NCBI GenBank assembly: GCA_964035545.1
Contig: OZ037765.1
Span: 1,426,001 to 1,490,000, forward strand
Reading direction: 5' to 3'
DNA length: 64,000 nucleotides
DNA from: Bugula neritina
Taxonomy: Eukaryota > Animalia > Bryozoa
Made by a program: the position numbers and the translations under genes. Numbering within the stretch: position 1 is the first letter of the stretch; each line of letters begins with the position of its first letter. The notes under the pieces are model-generated. The model ran no database searches and was not told the origin of the DNA. It saw only the letters and a program-made list of their open reading frames with translations. This document shows, in pieces, positions 24,601 to 38,400 of this stretch.

Positions 24601-25237
24601 TTACTTGTAGGCTCCCAGGCTATGCTTCAGCAGAATTGTGTCTAGTTCAGCTCACAATATGCTTTACACAATATGCTTTACACACTATCTGACGACACAC
24701 TGTGGTGTGCTATAGATGTGCTTTCAACTTTCTCATGATTGGAAATAGAGATTTATTTGTTTTACATACTAGAGCAGTGACTCACTTTTATTCCTTCATA
24801 CAGCTTGTGACCTCACTTCCTGTGTGTTACTATTTATAGATACAGAGACGAGGATTTTGACGACAGGTCTATGGTGGCCGGGTTTGCGGATATCATGAAA
24901 GAGGAAGTACGCAGGTAAATATGCAGCTCACACTTGTTATATGATAATATTACCTGCGAGCTATAACCTTTCCTCTTGATTGTTTAAAGAGCAGTGATGG
25001 TTGTTGCCATGACGATAGCTGCTAGTCAGCTGATTGCTTGCTGGCCTGTGATTGGCTGGACTTGCGTCTGATGTGCACAATGATGTCTCCGCTAGTGCAC
25101 TGCCATATGACTTGTGTTCACATTGATCTCTCAATCGCTATTGCAGTGCTAGAATTGGAAGGGAGGAAGATCTCAAAGATATCGAGTTAGAGGAAATGGA
25201 GAAGAAGAGAAAAAAGTTGAAGAAAAATAGAAAGTGA
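21642..25237 (+). CDS. SPTY2D1: Protein SPT2 homolog (histone H3/H4 chaperone), 8 coding exons, 505 aa
   Basis: Exons 21642-21698, 22252-22455, 22728-23418, 23543-23710, 24013-24105, 24452-24590, 24840-24914, 25147-25237 total 1518 nt. N-terminal MDFASIMKAA, SFQDLMKLA, Lys/Ser-rich middle, and C-terminal SPT2 domain DLDDFIADD..DYSSHIRDIFGYDKSRYRDEDFDDRSMVAGFADIMKEEVRSARIGREED. Confidence 0.92.
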
Positions 25238-26472
25238 AAGAGTGAATTAATCTCGTCTTCAAGGATCTCACTGAGAGTTACCTCCTCTCTGGACAGTCTG
25301 CCTAATCTGTTCAGTGTAGTTCTATTTAATGTGTTGTATATGACATAAGCAGTAAATATTTATTATTATATGAAATGAGATGTATGTAATGTTACTTACT
25401 TGCCTTCCTTTTCTTTGGCACACTTTCCTGTTGGATGAGAATTTATTGCTGCCAGTTCAGAAAAGTTGCAATAATTGCCTATTCTGTTTATAGATTATGA
25501 TGTAATGGTGCCTTTATATATTTGAAGACACATATTATTTAGGGAGTTGTGTGCCCTATTGACTGCTGACAGATTATTTTAATATAACTCTTCATTTCTA
25601 CTAATATATTCATTATAATAAAATATTATATATTTTATTGGCAAATAAAATTTGCAATATAGTGAACTCTAACAGTTCTTAATTTCATTTTTCTTTATAT
25701 ACTTATAATATTGGCTGTTTTTGTAACAAAGGGTTATACTAAGTCAGAAATATTATATATATAACAACAGATTTTATAAATTTAATAAAATATAATATAA
25801 ATATTATGACACCCTATTTACTTGGAATAGAAAGTTCTATATTTAACGTTATAACTTTTATCTTGAAAACAAAAGAAAATCATTTTAGCACTTGTTGGCA
25901 TAGTTCCAAAAAAAAGCGTAGAATATCTTGATCCGTGTAGTCCATCTGTGAACTGTTATTGTTGGAGAGACAAGACAAAGAGCTTAAATATTGATATGTG
26001 ATAGAATAAATATCCTTATTGCAACAATCAATAGTTTGCTCTCTACAAACAGCTCAGCACTTTGGTGACAAATATACATGTGTGCGTAGCTGGAAATCTT
26101 TGTGGTAAGTTTTTTTAGTTGTAGTTCCCATTGTAAATCACTAATTAAACATATATTGAATAATTTACATTACAGCAGCAACTCTTTTAATAGCTTTTAA
26201 TAGGACCCAAGTATTTTGTATGTATATAGATTTTGCAGCTATGAGCTGTGCGCATGACATAGGGTAGGATTTTATCCTTGTTTATAATGTGGATTGCCCG
26301 CAAACAGTGAAAAAAATCTATGCCTTATACAGTGTATTATAAATATATGACATTATCAAAAGGTGTAAGAGCAGCAATAGTTTAGTTCACTTTCTAGTAT
26401 TACAAGTAAAAAAATCTTATCAGGTTTGTTTTGTTGCTCTGGTTAAAAACATACTTAAATTTTAGTAGAATT

Positions 26473-29400
26473 ATGAGTCAGAGTCAGGAAGCCACAGCGG
26501 GTTTCACTCCCTTCTGTCGTCATGACTTCTACGACAAGACTTATCTGCAGAAACTGAGAAATGACGTCATCAGATTGGACAATGCAGACTTGACTAACCA
26601 ATCAGTACACCATTTGCTATTTAGGAACCCATCAGCTGCAACTAAGTACCAAGTCCTTCAGCCGAGCACACCGCTGGGCAGTTTCTATTCTGTGAACGAC
26701 CTATTAACTGCAGATAGCGCCTTTCGGCATCCTTCACAATATGTTGGTAGAAATGCAACTCCACACAGCAGAAGCCGGGGCAACTCTCCACGGCTGGAGA
26801 TACAGGAAACTGTTAGTTTACACAGATCTCTGAGCAGTCACCACAAGCCCCGCCCACCAACCAGAGAGCGGAAATCAAGTAGAAAACATGTGATTGGAAG
26901 CAAATCACTATCAAAGTATGAATACAGAAGTAAATCACCTAGAGTCAATGGCACCTGTTCACCCTATTCTGGCAGACTATCTGCGTACAGCGGCAGATGT
27001 TCATCTTCTAAATCAGCTATTGCAGAAATATCTCACCAACCTAGTCGTAGCTTGGCACCACAAAGCAACGGGAGCCTTTCAGTTCTAAATACAGCTCACT
27101 CATCCCATCATGCGGGCAGAAGATCTGCACAGAGAGTTGGTAGCCGGTCACCCATAGGAAAAGTAGACAAGTCACCAAACAGAGCTGGTAATCAGACAAC
27201 CACAGCAGTTAAAACAAGCCATTTGTTTAAAGGGAGGAGTGCTCAGTCTTCTAGAGATAAAAACAACGAGTCTTCACATGGAAAAATTGTTCAGTCTTCT
27301 AGTAGCCATAAGAATGGAAGTGAATCAACTCACCTTCAAGTTGATAGCAATCTCTCAAATCAGCAAGGTGGCATGCGTTCTCCCCAGCCCCCTAAAAAAG
27401 TGTCCCTAACTGTAAGTCGTAGTAAATCACCACTCATAAGTAAAACTAAGTCTCCAAACATAAACCGTAGTAAATCACCACTCATCAGTAGAACCAAATC
27501 TCCAAATGTTGATCGTGGTAAATCTCCACTGATTAGTAGGGCTAAATCTCCGAATATCAAAGGGAACAAATCATCATCCATCACTAGAACTAAGTCGCCA
27601 AGTATAAACCGTAGTAAATCACCACTCATCAATAGAACAAAATCTCCCATTGTTAATCGAGGCAAGTCTTCAAGAAACAGCAGACGCTCTTCGCTGCAGG
27701 TTCCAGGAAATAGATCACCAAATCTTTCTGGTTCCAAATCTCCTAGTCTGAGAGGAAGTCTTTCTCCAAATTTAGCAAGAGGCAAGTCACCTAACATGAA
27801 TGTAAATCATGGAAGTAAATCACTCATCATGAGTGGAAGTAAATCACCATTTGAAGGCGTTAGTGCTACAAGAAGATACAGCACCAATTCTATGGGCAGG
27901 TAGGTTTTGTGATTTTGAGCTAAAAATAGTTTTATTGATATCCTTGAAAAAATATTACATGACGTACTACATATCTTTTTGAAGTTTGGTGCAAAATACC
28001 CATGTTTTAGAATGATGCTTTGTGCAAAATATCCATGTTTTAAAATGTTTTTTTTGAAACATTTCATCCCATTACATTATAAAATTGTTTATAGTTCATT
28101 TATACAATCTAAATACCCAACCCTTAGTGAATGCGTAAAAGAACTTTTTAATTTGTCGCAAAAGCTTTTTAAAAAGAAAAAAAAAGATATTTAAATAAGT
28201 TTTTTGCTCAAGCCAAGTTATAGTTGGTTTCAGTTTTAATGCAAAATGACCACATTATGTTGGCAAACAGATTATTGGTTAAACTGGAGGTCAAACTTTG
28301 CACACTGCCCATAATTAGCATTCTCTCAGTTTATTCCATCAATCTGATTAGGGATTTATCACTGATGCCTAACTAATGCTATTGTGCTAATTCAATAAGC
28401 CAATAAAAGTTAATCTATTCTGGTCTGTTCTAGTCAATCATATTTGGACCTCCATTAAACATTTGCACTCAAACAAACATATTTGTTTAATTGATTTCAC
28501 GCATTCTTTCTTCGAGGGAGATAATTACTTTATTGTGCAATCTAGCAAACATCAAAAGGCCCCAACTACTGCTGATTCTACACATTTCAAGCTTGACTGT
28601 TGCTCAATCAATAGCCTTGTTAATAAATTATATTGTCTATTAAAACAAATTAAATAAAATAGTATATATTGTATATGTGCCTCTTTTAGACTACATAAAG
28701 AATAAATGTTTGAACTATAAAAGCTTCAATTTATTTTTATTTCTGCCCATATTTAAACAACTCAATTATGACTACAAAGTTAAATATATTTAGTCATGTT
28801 GGCTCAAATCTAATCGACTTTCAAACTACTTACACAAGAGTGAACTGCTTTAAAACTGACTACAAAACTAGCAGTCTGTAGTGTAGATGATTAGATAGAA
28901 GGGTAGCAAAGCAAGCTATCCATCACATTATATGCATCAATATCAACTACAACGCTGTTAATATATAAATTTTCAAACAAAAAGAAAAGATTTGCAATAA
29001 AAAATTGGCAATGCTATTTAAATTTGTTGAATTGTTTTTAGTTTTTCTGATTTTTTATTTTTAGCCATCTGATGTTGCTTCCTTCAATTGAGCCAACTTT
29101 GCCACGAAATAGCTTTTCATTTGATGGAAAACCCTCCAACACTTCATCTAAATCATTTATACCAAAGAGGTCTTCTTTTCCAAAGATCAGCATGAGTGAG
29201 CTTCCTTCCATACATGTGGCTAGAACTGCAGTTACTCCTTGCGGGGAACATATTGATGGTGAACAAGTTTTTCGTCAAGAGGAAGGTGGACACTTAAGCA
29301 GACGAGATCAATTTCTTTGCAGTTTAATGATGGCACCACCAGATAATGATCAGGTCTTCATTGAGCGGTACGAAAGACCAGCAGTTAGCCCTTCAAATAT

Positions 29401-30631
29401 AAGTATTTACAGCATGAAGTCTGCATCAGAGTCCCTGGCTTCAACCACAGATGAACTAGCCAGTCTCAACATTCAAGGGAAAAGGCTGACACCTCATCTA
29501 ACTCCAAGAGGAAGTCCTAACATCAGTCCATCAAACTCTCCCAGTAGACATGCACACTTTGTTCATACTAATGAAAGGTATATATCTCCAACCAGACAAC
29601 CTGGGTATCATAGTCCACACAGACGAGCTAGTTATCCTTGTTACAGTGTCAGCCCAGTTAGATCGGAAGGTCAACACATTTCTCCTCATAGAACCAGTCC
29701 TGCCAGCAGCATCCACAGTGGAGGAATAATATTCAGTCCATCTCATTCACCCGTCAGATTCATCAGTGGTTTGGGCAGCAGAAGAGGTTCTGATCTGTCT
29801 ACTTACTCTTTCGAGAATGATGTTCCTCTCTACCCATACCTCAGCACTGATACCTCTAATATAGCTCGACCAACCCCTCTCCATTTCTCTAATTCTACTT
29901 CTCAGTTTGTGGCTCATCAAGGGGGTCATACTCCTTATGGTGTGGCCATCCCAATTCACTCATCATTAGCTGGTAATGCTGGTGGAATAATATACTTTGG
30001 CAACCCTGCAGCTTCCAGCAGAAACTCATCTCAAGCCAGGGAAATGGGCACTCAGACTCACACTGAGCAGCAAACGTCTGCAAATAGTAAGCAGAGCCGC
30101 AAGCCAAAATGTGTAAAGAAAAACAACCGCCGTCAAAAGAAATTCAACAGCCGTATCAACACCACACCAAAAGTAAATACAAGAAACACTCCAATAGCCG
30201 TGCATGAACAAGAGTCTATTATTTCTGTAAAAAATAATGGTAACCCAAGTCTAGCCGGTTCAAATAACGATGGGAAAACAACATTTGTAATGAAAACTGT
30301 CACAACAGTAACCCCAAACGATTCATCAACTAGCCAAATCATGTCCGAGAGTCAAAGACAAAAACCTGACTCGACTGTTCACATTGACATTAACACTGCC
30401 ACTCATCAAGAGACTCAATATGATAAGGAAACTGAGCCACTAGATGTATCTGTTCCTCTATTAATAGGCACTAATACCGAGCAATCTTGTAATAATAATA
30501 CACAGTATACAACCATGTTGACCAGTGAAGTACCAACAGAAAGAAGGCCAAGTATTACTGGACCCATACCTGAGATCAGAATGATCTGTGCTACTCCAGA
30601 AGAGCTAACCGCTGACTCTCCACCAATTTAG
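26473..30631 (+). CDS. Uncharacterised Ser/Pro/Arg-rich intrinsically disordered protein with KSP repeats (~997 aa, 2 coding exons)
   Basis: The two long ORFs join in frame: 26473-27899 (donor AG|GTAGGT) plus 29065-30631 (acceptor ttttag|C) total 2994 nt. A probable non-coding first exon ends at the donor near 26104. Confidence 0.8.
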
Positions 30632-31563
30632 ACTGCAACCAGTAGCAACTAGTAGCAGCGGAATCTGTTAGAGTTTTCACAAGTCTAATATTTCAATATA
30701 ACACAGTAATTACAACTAGAAACTGGTCACGGAATTTTAACTTCATTGTCATCTGCAACAGCTCACAGTGATGAAGGTATCACTAGCTCTGTTTTCAGTT
30801 TTAAGCAAGTTTTTAAATTAAATCAAATGTAACCAGTGCTAATATTTTGTACAGTATTTTATATTTTACAAGCAAGTTTCTATAAATGTTTTATGTATTT
30901 TGTCATTTGCATACATTCTCTGCCAATTTTAAATTAAAAATAGCCCAGCTATAAAGTTTTTGAAAGAAGTATATTAAAAAAATTTCACATTTACATTGTT
31001 GATATTGTTGATAAGCATTGTCATTTTTTACAATACATTGAAATATGCTATATAACTTATGTTATTTATAAAGAAAATTATTTGTTTTACAGTATTAAAA
31101 CTCATAAATTACATATCCGTACATATTGCAAAAATGCGTCATTATTCCAGAAGATATTGCACAATGCAACGAATTCATTTTCCTAACTTGATGAACAATT
31201 AAATGCAATCTTCGTTTCAAGAAAATTAGCTCATCACTAAAATAATATATTAAACCATTTCATCGATGCATGTAACTGTGAGAAAATTGTTTTAACAATG
31301 TAATTTATACTTTAAATATGATAAACATAATTTTAAACTTTTATATAATCTATATAATTTCCTAATTAGAAAAGGAAATTAGCACTGGGCCATGTTTTAA
31401 GAGATGAAATTATTCGATTTTGAACTACCACGAGAGTTGTCATTCTTGCAAAGAGGTATAATGATAGGCCATATTTTCACTGTTGTGATTTTATTGAATA
31501 AGGTTTTATAAACTCGCCAATCAATTGTTCGTGTTTGTCTAATGGCTGTGCAGACTGTTGAAA

Positions 31564-31615
31564 GTAAACAATACCACTCTATTCAAGGTGTCGTCGTCAT
31601 AGCAACAATCAATAG
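31564..31615 (+). promoter_or_regulatory. Forkhead (GTAAACA) + RFX X-box (GTCGTCATAGCAAC) proximal promoter
   Basis: GTAAACA at 31564-31570. X-box at 31593-31606 fits GTHNYY-AT-RRNAAC and lies ~130 bp upstream of ATG 31734. Confidence 0.65.
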
Positions 31616-31733
31616 CGCAGCTCGGCTCCTACTCCGATGTGTTAATATATAGGAAAGGTCAAAGCACTGTGTGTAGCATATAACCGTATGTGCATGCAGA
31701 AGTTGTAGCAGTCGAATCTTCTACCACACGACC

Positions 31734-34459
31734 ATGGGCACCAGTTACCACCAGGAGGCGTTGAGGAAACAGCGAATGCTGGAGAGATCCCATGCTGCTT
31801 CGGAGAGAATTAGAGGTGGAAATGTAAGTAGCTGTTATGTCAGTTCATAAACCTATAAGTTTCTTCTACACATAGAAATGATGGGGTCTAGGCTAATATA
31901 ACACTTAGTCTTATAAACAGATTCATTTAAATGTCGTGAGAAATATGAATTTATCTAATGACAGCACCAGCGATTACACTAACTTACTAAGAATAATACT
32001 AATGGACTAAGAATCATATAACTGATTGACTAATAATCATAATGAGTATTAGTTAATTTTGAATAACTACTTGTTCTAATGACCATCTGATAACTATCTA
32101 CTATATCATAAGAAATAATACTGTGAAAATGTTTATTAAATACTTGCACAGATAAATTGAAGCGCATTCATGTGTCAGTACATATAACATGATTTAACAA
32201 AAACTTTGTTTATGAAGTTACTGTTGATGTTTGGAATTGTCCATCAACTCACTTTGTAATAATATACTTGACACATACATACGAAGTATGATGAATTTTC
32301 ACTTCAGAAACTAATGTATTATAATTTTACCAAATCACCATTGTTACAGATGCCATTTCATCTTGATTTTAGGGAAATACATTTGGCCAAAAAGATGGCA
32401 GCGATCATGTTTCACCCCTAACCATCAGCCAACTTGAAAGGTAACATTCAAGGCAAAATATGTTTCATGATTTATTACAGTTTTGCAGCTTTTGTGAGTC
32501 ACAAGATTGAAATAAACACAAAAATAGATATAAGTTTGCTGCTTTTCACAAGTCTTTCACTGCTTCAACTTCTAGCTCACATCCTCACTGACTAGCTTTA
32601 TGTTGGGAGAACCACTCATAATTTGATCTTTTATGTAGGGCTCCAAAACCTTCGATTACGGCTGGTTGTTTGTCCGGTAAAGACTCGGTACATGTTGATA
32701 GAATATATAGTGTAATGTACCCAGATAAGAGCAATCCTACATACTTGGATGATCCATGTAGGGTCAATAGAAGACAAAATGTCGAGCAATCTAAATACGA
32801 AGCTCTGCAAAAGATCAACGGGACTCTTCACATACAGCTAGTCAATGAGAAAAAATTCTTTGACCAATGAAATTGTTCTATAAAAGCATCTAACCAATTG
32901 CCTTGTTTAGAAGAAAGTTACATATATCATTTTCTATACTTTGCCTTTCTCTGCTTTGCTCGACATTATAATTTCTCAAAATTACGCTAAAATCAAAATC
33001 TTTTTTTAAATAGTTTATTATGCATTTATTATTGTGGTGGTATTTTAGACCCGTGTCAATGTTTCCTTCAATTTCTGGCAGAGCAGAGAAGGCAAAGCCT
33101 CAGCGTAGCATTTCAGCTGCTGTAGGGAGGGTGTACAAACCTACGCTTCAACTAGTTAAAATTGAAAGAGATAACATTCAGCAAATAATACACCCGTATG
33201 ACTTTAGCACATGGCAAGCTAGAAAATCCTTAGGTATTAACATTGTAGACGGCACCCATTACTACTGGCCTAGAGCCAAAACGCAGATCTTTAAGATACC
33301 GTATTATTCATCATACGTGTGGCATTAGTAATTGTTGCATTTCAAAATGACAGGAAAGCTGGAAATTGAAAATTAGCAATACTTATATTTTTGTAGTTCT
33401 ACAGTGTGGCATTGCAGTCTTGTTCTATTTTTATATTTGTAAGCTTTAAAAGCCAACGACTGGATGATTTTATAGCTATTTGTGTCAGTTTATTGTTCCA
33501 TATTTTAGACTTACAATTTGCTCAAATATTGTAATTGCTCAATATTATGTAAGGAATTTCAATTCTGTATGTGCAATGTACTCGATGACTGTTTGCTAGC
33601 ATAATAAACTCTTTCACTGCACTAAAACTAATGCTAATAGAGTCAATGACTGAGCAATCAAATTCTAATTCACAAAGAATTGATCCTATAATTAGCTAGT
33701 TGCAGTAAATTCTATCATGCTTATTAATAGCTTTTCACCAAATGAATAAACTGAAACATTTTAAACTACGGAATGCAAAGACTAGAACAAATTTTACTAC
33801 TAATATTCAGTTCAAGCTGTCTACATGAAGATTGTTTTAGATTTTATCACTGATTTGCTCCTTAAACTTTAGTTTTGAAATAATTTTTTCTGAAAATGTG
33901 ATACATTTATTACAATTTGAATTGCTTCTTTTTATATGCAGAAGTTTTCAATAGCTTCATGCTGTTACTTGCCAACAAGATAAGGCAGTACAAGTATGAT
34001 TTACACTGCATGTTCTAAAGCTTTCCTCCTACTGTTGAAATACACAAACTTATGTGGTTAACATTTGCAATAAATAATAAAAATAGATAAACTATAAAAT
34101 GCTGCATGCAATAATTTCAATTAATGTGCCTTAATTGACTAGTTATACAATATACCATAGTATTTTATAACAGTGATGGCCCAATGGTTGCAGGTGGTTG
34201 TTTACCATGACACCTGCTGTGTGTGTCAAACCAATGTTCTGTAGTATGATATTTTGTGTTATATAATACTGAATGTAGTCTGAGTAAAGAGCCAGTGCAC
34301 ACAAGATACAAGTTCAATGCTCCAGGCTATCCAATTAGACATAGAAGAGTAGACAACACCTCAGAGGACCAAATCATTCAATTCATGAAACCAGAATATA
34401 AGAATTACAAACTGCCAAAGGAGGACCTGCCACGACGTAGAACCCATGTCAAAGTATAG
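31734..34459 (+). CDS. Uncharacterised small basic protein, probably ciliary/axonemal
   Basis: Kozak ACCATGG at 31734. Exons 31734-31823, 32373-32440, 32639-~328xx (donor uncertain), 33049-~33232, 33942-33993, 34279-34459. All junctions are in phase except exon 3 to 4, which I could not resolve. X-box upstream. Confidence 0.65.
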
Positions 34460-35449
34460 ATATGTCAACTACCTGCCATGGATGTCACTTTGTGTACCTG
34501 CTGTGCTGTGTCAGCTATATAAGTTTGGTAGTTTAAGAACTCGCTGCATATATATACATACAAATTCTTCTGAAATATTTATCAATATATTTTTGAAATG
34601 TTTATCAATTTATTTTTGTAAATGGAAATCAGACAGCTTATTTGCTGCATTATACAATTAAAAAGAATGTTATAATTTCTTTTCAAAATATATTTCAAAT
34701 TTATATTAAATATAAAAGCAAAAATAAAACTATCATTCTTAAAAAAAGTATAACTAATTTGTAACGTATTTTAATAATTCAAATTTATGTTACTAATTCA
34801 TATCCATATTGGGGGGGGGGGGTGTATGTTAAAATGGAGATATATAAAGAAATAAAAAGTATATAATAATAATTTGCATGCATAAGCCAATATAGCAACG
34901 CTATATATTCCCCATAAAATTCATTTACTTTAAAATATATACATAGAGAGTAATCTGTAGATCAAGGCATATTACAATGCATAGAGCCACACACCAGCTA
35001 AATTCTATATATTCACCTGACGTAATATAACGAATAAATCTTTTTATAGTTAACAATATACAAACAATCCCACTGACTGCCTTAATTATAATTTGTTACA
35101 AATGCCTTGGCTAAAGTTCCAATATATAGAATATACTGTGTGTTATATACCAGTATATAGCATAATATATAATAACTATATTTACTATGGTATATATGCG
35201 CATTAACCATAAGAATAAGATACAATAGAAAATTAAAAATCATTCTCTATAAGGAATAATTTAAAGTATATTAAAGCAAAAAGAAGAAGAAATATATTTT
35301 TGCAGAAAGAAAAGCTTTAATTAAATGTGAAAGGATGATTTATATAACTGATCTTAATATAAAGGCAGCACCAAAGTAGTGAAGGATTGAATTGTATGCA
35401 GACAGACATCTCTCAGACTACTTTGTGATGTCATAAGACTTTGCGCTCT

Positions 35450-38400
35450 TCACTTAGACTGTTGACGACGTGTTGATTTCAACGCTTCTTCTCTTTCTCT
35501 TGTTATTCTTATATCTCTTTCAATAGGGCTTTCCGTTGCATACCTTCAACATTGAAATTTATCAAATCATACACCAGAGATATAATACATTGCTCTGAAT
35601 AAGTAAAACACTTTTTATTCTCTTGTAGCTGTTGCAATAATCAGTATTTTTTAAAACAAAAAGTCATAAGGTTTTCCCATTCAACTAAGCATAGTCAATT
35701 GCTGTTTATAAAAAGCTATTATTGTGGCAGAGCTATAAGTAAAATGTGAGCAATTTTTCAATGTATATGACTAAATTCATCTCAAACAACATATTTAAAA
35801 TAAGTAATTTAACTTTTAAAACATGGCTTTGATGACTAGTTGTTAAAGCTTACATTGTTTTTATTTTTATTTGCGCCACTTTTAGTGTTAGTTTACAGAT
35901 GCAATGGAGGAGGAATATCTAAATTTAGATGTTCTATTTTCAGGCCAAATATTGATAGCAAAAACTATTGTAAGCAACGCCATAACTACATGCGTTACAA
36001 AAAATATACATGACTAAAATTATGAGGTCACTAAAATTATATTTTTAGGATTTTGGAGTTGTCATGCCTCTGGATAACATTTTGCAGTAGTACAGCCACA
36101 GGTTTACAGATGAATCTAGGGTGAGCAGACTTAGCGTAGCATAGCCTTTGATACATAACAACATTCTCAGGGTTGCTAAATATTCAAATCAATTGTTAGC
36201 TCTTAGTGTAAACCTTATAGGTTTGTAAAAGAAGGGGAGACAAATATAAAACTAGCTACTATTTGCAGGGTAGTTGTTGAGGAAGGCAATATTAAAACAG
36301 GATAGTTTAGAAAGTGCACACAGACAGACAAACTGACACACAGACAGACAGACTGACACAGACAAACAGACTGACACACAGACAGACAGACTGACACACA
36401 TACAGACAGATTGCTACGTGGACAACATTATATATTTACCATGGAGATAAGGCATTCAAAACTACTTGGGGTGACCTGTGAACAACAGTTGTAAATTTTG
36501 AAGAAAATGATACAAGTCAAAATGCAGATACAAAACAAAATTAGACTATTCAGCTAATTGGAAGGTTATTGGGTAATTAATTTGTGGAAAAATACCAGAA
36601 CTGTTTGTAAACAAAAAATAAAGAATTTTTATTATTAGTTTCTAAGTCTTCGTATTTTCCCCCAACATGTGCTTCAAATCATAAACAATCTTCCACTCAC
36701 ATTATTAAATTGTAAAACTTTAATTCTTGTTTATAAATTTATAATATTTGCAAATATTTAAAGAAGGCCGTTTTATTTAAACGAGTTATCAAGTCATAAG
36801 CTTGACAAGCATTTGAGTTGTCTACGAAATGTTTCATAAAAATAAACACTGTGTATAAAGATAATGTCTAAAACATGATTACATTGAATATAAAACAGTG
36901 ATTTAAAATTATATTTCAAAATATTTTAAAACTAATTTTAAGATAATTTAAGATTTCGTTATTAATTCTCCAATGTATTATTATAGAAGCTCTAATAATT
37001 TGAAGAATGACAAGTTTATCTTTATTGTAAAGAAGTCAATAACACTAACACGTGCTGTTTCTGACATATAATTTGAAGCAATTCAGGTAAAATGTTTTAC
37101 AGCACTCATTTTGAATGCACTTGTCTCAGTGTAAAAAGTCTGCAACAATTATCACTTACGTTACACGGTCTGTTGTTTCAAGAGTTTTCTCCTCTTCTGG
37201 TGCTGATTTGTGTAGACTGACATCTTTCAAATTGCTTGAACTACCATCTACAAAAGTTTATACTAACTATTAGGATTTTCTTTCTTACAACACATGCAGT
37301 TGTAGGCTATCAATAAGACATGAATATTGATCATTGCATGTGGCTAATCTTTTGAAGACGAGACAACTAACTGGTCAATGACCTCTAAAAGAATAATGCT
37401 TTTTGTTACTGTTCAAGCTTTAGCAATCAGTTAGAATAATTAGTTTGGTGTCAGTGCCTCTTCGCCAGTATTCAAATATAATTTCTTTTACAACAGATGA
37501 GCATGTGTAGACTATCTTTAAATATTACTCTGTGCTATGATGTACTGTATACACATACAGTCACATGTGTGCAGTTATATGTATTTTTGTAAATGATAGT
37601 GCATAGTAACTACACACCACACACACTACATAATGCCTGTCTTTTTTATCGAGTTAAAAAAACTACATCAATATGAATGATGTCCGGATATTCTACAGCT
37701 AACTGAACACCCTCCCACCTTGGTCTCTGTGCTATCATATTTCTACCAATTTATAACATTCTGTATTACAAGGCAGATAACAGTGTATTTATTTAGTGAC
37801 TACCACAGTTACACCCTTAGCAACTTTACCAGATAAGACTATCTTGTTGCTCTTTACTTTGTGGCGTGATTTACTATTTTAACACTGGAAACTATTTGCG
37901 TGGGTAGACAAGTCATTATTAAATAATTTATAGAATTCTGAGTTTTATGAACTTTTCGCCCACTTCTTTACACCTACCAAATAATCTCCAAGCGCATTAC
38001 ACTACAATGCCAGGCAAGGCAGCAATAGTAGTGTCTGCAGAACTGCATGCAAACACCTAGCAGCATTAAATGGTTTGTATTATATTTTGAAAGAAAAAGC
38101 ACATCTACAATATGCCAACAATGTGGGATGAACATGCAAGATCTAATAAAGTACGAGTATATAAAGCTATGGCTTGCTGCAGTAGTTTTACAGACCTTAC
38201 GGTAAATTAAATTCCGTTTATAAAATCATGTAAATGTTATCTGTAGGTTTTATTATAGGGCGCCAGAGGTTTTTAGTGGGTACCAACCTAGCTTGTACCA
38301 TCACCTGTATGATTTAGATTTTAGGTATAACCAGTAACATTTTCTACTTGTTATTGGTTAACCAGTCTTAGTTACTTAAATTTAAAGAATTAGCACCTAT

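Noticed and set aside
27360-27797. 145-aa minus-strand GDL-repeat ORF
   Set aside because: Antisense shadow of the KSP repeat coding region.
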